This document shows, piece by piece, positions 8,544 to 13,967 of a stretch of DNA of 13,967 bases. Location of the stretch: positions 1-13,967 of the forward strand of contig CAVUXE010000005.1 of assembly GCA_963745235.1 (NCBI GenBank), given 5' to 3'. Both the position numbers and the translations under genes were made by a program. The stretch is from an uncultured Spirochaetota bacterium (GTDB taxonomy: Bacteria > Spirochaetota > Spirochaetia > SZUA-6 > Fen-1364). A model generated the notes under the pieces. The model did no database searches. It saw only the letters and a program-made list of their open reading frames with translations, and was not told the origin of the DNA. The first letter of the stretch is position 1. Every line of letters begins with the position of its first letter.

Positions 8544-9012
8544 CTCCCGAGGTCTCATCGGGGACAAAAGCGTTCGTCCCTTTTTGAAAATTGCTCTGGG
8601 AAGCGTTGGCGTCCTGAAATCCAATGGCGCGGGCTTTCTCTTTGGGGGTTACTAGTGTTTGCTGGCGCTTCAGTGGTCCGCCGAAACGGGTGGCTGCCGG
8701 AAGGGGCGGTTTGTAGATTTCATTTCGGTGAGAACCCGCACCTGGTAGGAGAAAGTGCCGCAAGGAGAGAGATCGTTGGGATGGGCGGAAAGAGGGCTGG
8801 CGGGATGATAATGGCGGGGCAAGGGTTTGGTAAGGAAGAGTTGCCAAAGGCACAAACAGCAGCCATCGGCAGGAGTCGGCGAGCAGGTGCAGTGCAAGAA
8901 GTGAGCTGCGGATATTCTGAGGCTACGCCGACCGGGGAGATGAAGGGACGGTTGATGCGGTGAAGGAGGCGGTGAGGAATCGGCCCCGCCACCGTGTCGG
9001 GGGAGATGTAAC
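8537..9012. ncRNA. candidate structured ncRNA, type A body copy 1
   Basis: No conserved reading frame across the 3 copies. Several helices are conserved, with compensatory or wobble-compatible changes (see findings). Expression is not shown. Confidence 0.5.
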
Positions 9013-9167
9013 AAGTCGTTGAAGCCGACCCCTTAACGACCGGTCTGAAAGTGAGGCACAGGAATCGTAAACGCCGCCGCGGTCTGATCCGGCGGCTTGT
9101 AGTGAGGAATGGGAAACGTAAAAGCCGTTATGGCTGGGATGATGCGGCGGGGCGGCTTAACTCTATG
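8538..9167 (+). mobile_element. integron cassette 1, ORF-less (type A, copy 1)
   Basis: Bounded by the attI GTT and attC1. GTTACATCTCCC (8537-8548) is the exact reverse complement of GGGAGATGTAAC (9001-9012). Confidence 0.9.
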
Positions 9168-9173
9168 TTACAC
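9006..9173 (+). other. attC: attC site 1 (168 bp, internally duplicated loop)
   Basis: R'' ATGTAAC, 5-nt spacer, L'' GTTGAAGC, CGACCCC ... GGGGCG, L' GCTTAAC, TCTAT, R' GTTACAC. Same architecture as the classic aadA-type attC. Confidence 0.92.
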
Positions 9174-9838
9174 GCACGCAAATTGTTCTGAGAAAGCCCC
9201 GTGGTTGGAATATTCTTTGCTGGCTTGAGATTTTGAAAATTGGGCGGAGAACGGGCCGGCAGGGATTTCCTATCAAAGAAGGCTGGTGGTGATTGCTTCA
9301 AGGCAGTTCGCCGCCGAAGGCTTGGCTGATCGAAGTGGTACTTGATGACGCAGACAAGCAGGGGCGATAGCTGAGTTACACTACGCACCGGCCCTTCGGA
9401 CCAGCACAGGTTCGCTGGAAGCAGGTGGCGATTGCTTCAAGGCAACTGGCTTGCGAAGGTTTGGTTGATCGTAACGGTATCTGAAGAGGCAACAGAGTGT
9501 GGAGATAGATGGGTTCCATACGGTCTGGTCCAAAGGGCCGGCAGGGATCGATTGCAACAAGGGAGTCCGCCGCAGAGGGTTGGCTGATTGTAGAGGTGCT
9601 TGAAGGCGCAGACAAGCAGAGGAGATAGCTGGGCTCCACCGCGAACCGGCCCGTGAAGAGAAGATTCGTAGTGCTGGCGACCTTTCCACACCATGATGCA
9701 GGAACAAGGCACCCAGCACTAGGCGTCCGTGTAACAAATCGTTGAAGCCGACCCCTTAACGGCTGCCTTATACTGAGGCACAGGTTTGGTAAGAGCCGCC
9801 GCCGCTGGGTTGATGCGGCGGGGCGGCTTAACTCTATG
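9168..9838 (+). mobile_element. integron cassette 2, ORF-less (type B, three tandem units)
   Basis: GTTACACGCACGC (9167-9179) pairs 12/13 with GCGTCCGTGTAAC (9723-9735). No credible ORF. Confidence 0.9.
9253..9652. repeat. three tandem degenerate units (9253-9394, 9398-9531, 9535-9652), candidate structured RNA array
   Basis: Shared ~103-nt core starting GATTGC at 9291, 9430 and 9550. Each unit is closed by a 7-bp inverted repeat, with 3-nt linkers between units. Confidence 0.85.
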
Positions 9839-9844
9839 TTACAT
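9729..9844 (+). other. attC: attC site 2 (116 bp)
   Basis: GTGTAAC AAATC GTTGAAGCCGACCCC ... GGGGCGGCTTAAC TCTAT GTTACAT. Confidence 0.93.
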
Positions 9845-10419
9845 CTCCCGAGGTCTCATCCGGGACAAAAGCGTTCGTCCCCTTTTGAAGATTTCTCTGG
9901 GAAGCGTTGGCGTCCTGAAATCGAACGGTGCGGGCTTTCTCTTTGGGGGCTACTACGGTTTGGCTGGCGCTTCAGTGGTACGTGCCGAAAAGGATGGCTG
10001 CCGGAAGGAGCGGTTTGTAGATTTCATTCGCTGAGAACCCGCACCTGGTAGGAGAAAGTGCTGCGAGGAGAGATATCGTTGGGATGGGCGGGAAGAGGGC
10101 TGGCGGGATGATGATGGCGGGGCAAGGGTTCGGTAAGGAAGAGTTGCCAAAGGCACAAACAGCAGCCATCGGCAGGGTCGGCGAGCAGGTGCAGTGCAGA
10201 AGTGAGTTGGGGATATTCCAGAGACTACGCCGACAGAGGAGATGAAGGGACGGTTGATGCGGTGAAGGAGGCAGTGAGGAATCGGCCCCGCCACCGTGTC
10301 GGGGGAGATGTAACAAGTCGTTGAAGCCGTCCCCTTAGCTTACGCGCGGAAAGTGGGGCCTACGTTCCGTAGGAAAGGTCGCCGCTAGGCGCAGGTCGGC
10401 GGGGCGGCTTAACTCTGTG
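9839..10419 (+). mobile_element. integron cassette 3, ORF-less (type A, copy 2)
   Basis: Body 9838-10314 is about 90% identical by eye to 8537-9012 and has the same 12-bp terminal inverted match. Confidence 0.9.
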
Positions 10420-10425
10420 TTACAT
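10308..10425 (+). other. attC: attC site 3 (118 bp, divergent loop)
   Basis: ATGTAAC AAGTC GTTGAAGCCGTCCCC ... GGGGCGGCTTAAC TCTGT GTTACAT. Confidence 0.93.
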
Positions 10426-10995
10426 CTCCCGACTCTCATCGGGGACAAAAGCGTTTGTCCCTTTTTGAAGATTGCTCTGGGAAGCGTTGGCGTCCTGAAA
10501 TCCAATGGCGCGGGCTTCTCATTGGGGGTTGCTAGTGTTTGCTGGCGCTTCAGTAGTCCGCCGAAACGGGTGGCTGCTGTAAGGGGCGGTTTGCAGATTT
10601 CATTTCACTGAGAACCCGCGCCTGGTAGGAGAAAGTGTTGAAAGGAGAGAGATCGTTGGGATGGGTGGGGAAGAGGGCTGGCGGGATGATAATGGCGGGG
10701 CATGGGTTTGGTAAGGAAGAGTTGCCAAAGGCACAAACAACAGCCATCGGCAGGAGTCGACGAGCAGGTGCAGTGCAGAAGTGACCTGCGGATATTCTAA
10801 GGCTACGCCGACCGGGGAGATGAAGGGACGGTTGATGCGGTGAAGGAGGCGGTGAGGAATCGGCCCCGCCACCGTGTCGGGGGAGATGTAACAAGTCGTT
10901 GAAGCCGACCCCTTAACGACCGGCTGAAAGTGAGGCACAGGAATCGTAAACGCCGCCGCGGCTGATCTGATGCGGCGGGGCGGCTTAACTCTGTG
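10420..10995 (+). mobile_element. integron cassette 4, ORF-less (type A, copy 3)
   Basis: Body 10419-10892 is roughly 94% identical by eye to copy 1. Confidence 0.9.
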
Positions 10996-11001
10996 TTATG
11001 T
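10886..11001 (+). other. attC: attC site 4 (116 bp)
   Basis: ATGTAAC AAGTC GTTGAAGCCGACCCC ... GGGGCGGCTTAAC TCTGT GTTATGT. Confidence 0.93.
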
Positions 11002-11030
11002 GGCGCAGTCTGGGCTATCATTCAATGGCA

Positions 11031-11504
11031 ATGGTTCGAAGTTCAGTGTTGAAACTATCAATCATCATCGCAATACTCATCCTAATTTCATGCGCGTCGA
11101 AACCAAGCCCCAATTTAGCTGTAAGCGTGGCCATGGCTTCCGCGATACGGGCCGTCGAAAAGTCTGAACAGGCACAATTCAGCCCCGAACAGGAATATTT
11201 CTTAGGCAGAGCCGTCAGCGCTGGAATTCTGTCGAGATATAGAGTTTATGCAAATGACGCTGCAACTCAATACATAAGTCTCATCGGCAAGGCCTTGGCT
11301 ATCCACTGTGCGCTACCGGAGACATTTACCGGATATCATTTCCTCATTCTTGATTCAGCAGAATTGAACGGCTTTGCCGCTCCAGGGGGCTTCGTCTTTA
11401 TAACTCGTGGTTTGCTACTTTCCATCAAAAGCGAGGATATGATAGCTGGAGCCCTTGCATATTCAATAAGTCATGTCGTTATGCATTCAGGTGTTTCAAC
11501 AATC
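11031..11504 (+). pseudogene. cassette 5: M48-family peptidase-like lipoprotein, interrupted by IS66
   Basis: Signal peptide with lipobox-like 'ILILISC'; 'FSPEQEYFLGR' and 'YHFLILDSAELNGFAAPGGFVFITRGLL...SEDMIAGALA' are M48/BepA-like. Start may be 10998, 11025 or 11031. Residues after 11504 are read from IS DNA. Confidence 0.85.
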
Positions 11505-11565
11505 GTATCTATTCAGCTAAAATACCGGACAAATGTTAGGGTATTCCGGAAATTGTGAAAGCGTG

Positions 11566-13167
11566 GTAACTGTTCAGCTGGTCTGAAGGCAGTCAGTCAG
11601 GGTTAGGTCTTTTTCAAACGCATTCATGAGAGCGTCAATAACCGATAGGCCCTGCTTTCTGATCGTTGAGATATAACTTCGTATCCGACAGAATGAGAGC
11701 GCTCCCCCATTGCTTCGGAATGCCCCGGATACTTTCTGCTGGACCCTCATCATTCTTATATCTCGTTCTGCCAAATTATTGTCGAAGTCAACTCTGAAAT
11801 CGGTCATGTATCGCAGGGTCTCCTCGCGTAGTCGTTCAAGTCTTTCCAACAGATTGCGTGCTTTGCTGCGCTTGATCCGGCCCCGTTTTCCGGGGCTGTC
11901 TGCCCGATGAGGCGATGGGTTGGCTTTCATACCACTTGCGATGATCGCTTTGTAGCGGCTCTCATATTTGCGAATGTCGCAGAGGGGTAGTTTCTTCTTC
12001 CCTGTGCGTTTTGCCTGCTCCACAGTTTGCTTGCTCTCCAGAAGAAGGCCGATCATTTGTTGCGCCCACACTTGGCCACCCGGTTCATAGACCGCCGTGA
12101 GTTCTCGAATGTGATGTGCGTTGCACAGCGAATGCGAGCACCTATATTTCATGTAGGGTTTCCAATTATCATGAACCGCGTTGCCTTTCAGCCGCGGCAG
12201 AATCCCAATCTGATCTGTGGCAGCGCTACCACGCCTCTGATGAGGATAGTAGTAGGTGAACTCCTGAGTGCCCGCCCCGTGCAGCCAGTGCAGTTTGCCG
12301 TTGATGCTCAAGCCGGTCTCATCAAAGTGCACCACTTTCGCCTGAATCAGTTTCTCCTTGATCTGCTCCACAACACCCTGGACTCGTTGCGCACACCGCC
12401 GATCGATACTGGCCAGCGTGCCAACGCTGAGGGGAATGGCGAACAGATCAGCGAAGGCTTGGGCGGCTCGATCGTAGGAAAGAAATCCATAGTTTTTTAG
12501 ATACACTGCAAATGCCTTCAGCCGTGGACCGTACTGTGCTTTGTGACTTACCCCGAGTGGGAACACCGCTACCGAAAGCTCGTGGCAGTGGGGGCAGCGC
12601 TTGATCTGGGCACGGTGTTCGGTCACATCCACGGCGATGGGCGGAATATCGAAGACTTGTCGTGACTCATACCCTCGCGGCTTTTGCTGTTGCAGCGACT
12701 TGCCGCATCCCTGGCACACTTTGACTTCATGAATCATCACCTGCTGCGGGTGTTCGACCATGGACAACGTTGTTCCCTCGTGCCCTTGCTGACCGCCAGG
12801 TTTTTTCCCGCTGGATTCTCGTCTCGTATGAATCCGTCGATGCAAGCCATCACTGGAGGGAGGCTTATCGCTGTTATGACTGTCCTTGCTGTTCTTCTCC
12901 TCCAGCGCTTTGATTCTTTGCGTTAACCTCTTGATCTGGTCTACCACCTGGTCGATGGTGTTGTCGTGCTGATCCTGTAGATACTCGATGAGAGAAACGA
13001 TAGCCTCAGGGCCTGCCTTGTATGCATTCAGAATTTGCTCGCGAGGGATTCGCGGCAGATGATAGTCCTTTTCCTCTCCCATGCAACTGAGCGTGACGGA
13101 CTTTTTGAGTTTCCGGAATACTTAACATCCGTCCGGTATTTCACCTCCCGGGGAGCTGAACAGTTAC
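11566..13167 (-). mobile_element. IS66-family element B (single-ORF, ISBst12-like organisation), complete, 1602 bp
   Basis: Perfect 14-bp TIRs GTAACTGTTCAGCT (11566-11579 and 13154-13167); 8-bp target duplication AAAGCGTG at 11558-11565 and 13168-13175. Confidence 0.96.
11574..13082 (-). CDS. IS66 family transposase
   Basis: 'NSKDSHNSDKPPSSD', 'KKPGGQQGHEG', CxxC...CxxC zinc finger, 'VVHFDETG', 'CNAHHIREL', 'FDNNLAERDIR' and 'KVSGAFRS' motifs; intact 502 aa. Confidence 0.96.
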   Translation of the reverse strand: MGEEKDYHLPRIPREQILNAYKAGPEAIVSLIEYLQDQHDNTIDQVVDQIKRLTQRIKALEEKNSKDSHNSDKPPSSDGLHRRIHTRRESSGKKPGGQQGHEGTTLSMVEHPQQVMIHEVKVCQGCGKSLQQQKPRGYESRQVFDIPPIAVDVTEHRAQIKRCPHCHELSVAVFPLGVSHKAQYGPRLKAFAVYLKNYGFLSYDRAAQAFADLFAIPLSVGTLASIDRRCAQRVQGVVEQIKEKLIQAKVVHFDETGLSINGKLHWLHGAGTQEFTYYYPHQRRGSAATDQIGILPRLKGNAVHDNWKPYMKYRCSHSLCNAHHIRELTAVYEPGGQVWAQQMIGLLLESKQTVEQAKRTGKKKLPLCDIRKYESRYKAIIASGMKANPSPHRADSPGKRGRIKRSKARNLLERLERLREETLRYMTDFRVDFDNNLAERDIRMMRVQQKVSGAFRSNGGALSFCRIRSYISTIRKQGLSVIDALMNAFEKDLTLTDCLQTS

Positions 13168-13189
13168 AAAGCGTGAAATAATCTCTCTC

Positions 13190-13967
13190 ATGGGAGGGGG
13201 CCATAAGAAATTCTCGCGCATTGGGCGCTAGCAAATTCTCAACGCTTATCGGGCTGGGCCTGATGCCATCGTCTCGTTGATCGACTATCTGCAAGAGACG
13301 CTTTTGGGAATCATCGAAGAACACGAAGCACGGATCGAAGAGCTTGAAGCGAAGCTCAACAAGGACAGCCACAACAGCGACAAGCCGCCTTCCACAGATG
13401 GACCGAAGCGAAGGTTCACCGCAAAGAATCGGGAGCGCAGTGACAAGAAACCTGGCGGTCAGGAGGGACACGAGGGCACGACGCTGCGGATGGTAAGCGA
13501 TCCAGCCCAGGTGGCAGTTCATGAGGTCAAACGCTGTGGGCGTTGCGGCAGATCGTTGAAGGATGTGAAGCCACGAGGCTACCTCCCACGGCAGGTTTTC
13601 GATATCCCTCGCATTACTGTGGCGGTCACCGAGCATCGAGCGCAGATCAAACGCTGCCCTCACTGTGGAGAGCTTTCCCGGGGAGAGTTCCCTGAGGGGG
13701 TGACTCACACGACCCAGTATGGAACGCGCCTGAGAGCCTTTGCGGTGTACCTGAAGAACTATGGATTTCTCTCCTATCAACGGACCGCCGAAGCGTTGTC
13801 AGACTTGTTCGCCATTGCTGTGAGCGCGGGGACCCTCGCCAGCACAGATGGTCGCTGTGCCCAACGTCTGGAAAGGGTGGTGGAACAGATCAGAGAGAAG
13901 CTTGTTCGGGCGCCGGTGGTGCATTTCGATGAAACAGGACTGAGCATCAACGGGAAGTTACACTGGC
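13190..13967 (+). pseudogene. IS66 family transposase of element A, premature TAG at codon 14, 3'-partial
   Basis: MGGGHKKFSRIGR*QILNAYRAGPDAIVSLIDYLQ...NKDSHNSDKPPSTD...VVHFDETGLSINGKLHW. TAG at 13229-13231 aligns with Glu in the element B paralog. Open to the window end. Confidence 0.9.

Larger units (their letters stand above)
11505..13967 (+). mobile_element. IS66-family element A (outer), runs off the window, interrupted by element B
   Basis: Left end GTATCTATTCAGCT (11505-11518) matches the TIR of B at 12/14. It is followed by the same subterminal motif (AAATACCGGAC..GTTA.GTATTCCGGAAA) seen at the left end of B. Its transposase begins at 13190. Confidence 0.85.

Noticed and set aside
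7947-8963. 338-aa plus-strand ORF
   Set aside because: Antisense to intI and runs through attI into cassette 1; a GC-rich shadow ORF.
8537-10892. Group II intron (IIC-attC) or MITE identity for the cassette bodies
   Set aside because: I saw no GUGYG start, domain V motif or reverse transcriptase. The terminal inverted match coincides with R'/R'' and has no target duplication.
8670-10894. Three 114-aa minus-strand ORFs (8670-9014, 9972-10316, 10550-10894) with the same N-terminus
   Set aside because: They start at a TTG within attC and switch reading frame relative to each other internally. They are Pro/Ser/Cys-rich. Equal length reflects conserved DNA length, not a conserved protein.
9006-11001. 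CRISPR array interpretation of the periodic repeats
   Set aside because: The repeats are 116-168-bp attC sites with ~460-560-bp intervals, and there are no cas genes.
13028-13780. 250-aa minus-strand ORF
   Set aside because: Antisense shadow of the element A transposase, crossing the TIR/TSD junction.

Overview
Accessory, mobile-DNA-rich bacterial region in three blocks. (1) 1-7100: small hypothetical genes, a frameshifted DinB-like gene, OsmC, a DUF3800-like gene, and a replication-like pair (AEP primase-polymerase plus wHTH protein) downstream of two 47-bp direct repeats. (2) 7088-11504: an integron. Its integrase (minus strand) has a +1 frameshift and is cut off just before the catalytic Tyr. 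After attI come four textbook attC sites. The first four cassettes are ORF-less: three near-identical ~475-bp copies and one cassette of three tandem ~120-140-nt units. Both types show compensatory base-pair changes, suggesting integron-borne structured non-coding RNA (or ssDNA) cassettes; this is the most interesting signal here. The fifth cassette encodes an M48-like lipoprotein lacking an intact HEXXH. (3) 11505-13967: an IS66-family element inserted in that gene, with a related, intact IS66 nested in its left end in opposite orientation (14-bp TIRs, 8-bp TSD). All alignments and folds were done by eye. Some single-base indels in short homopolymers may be sequencing errors.
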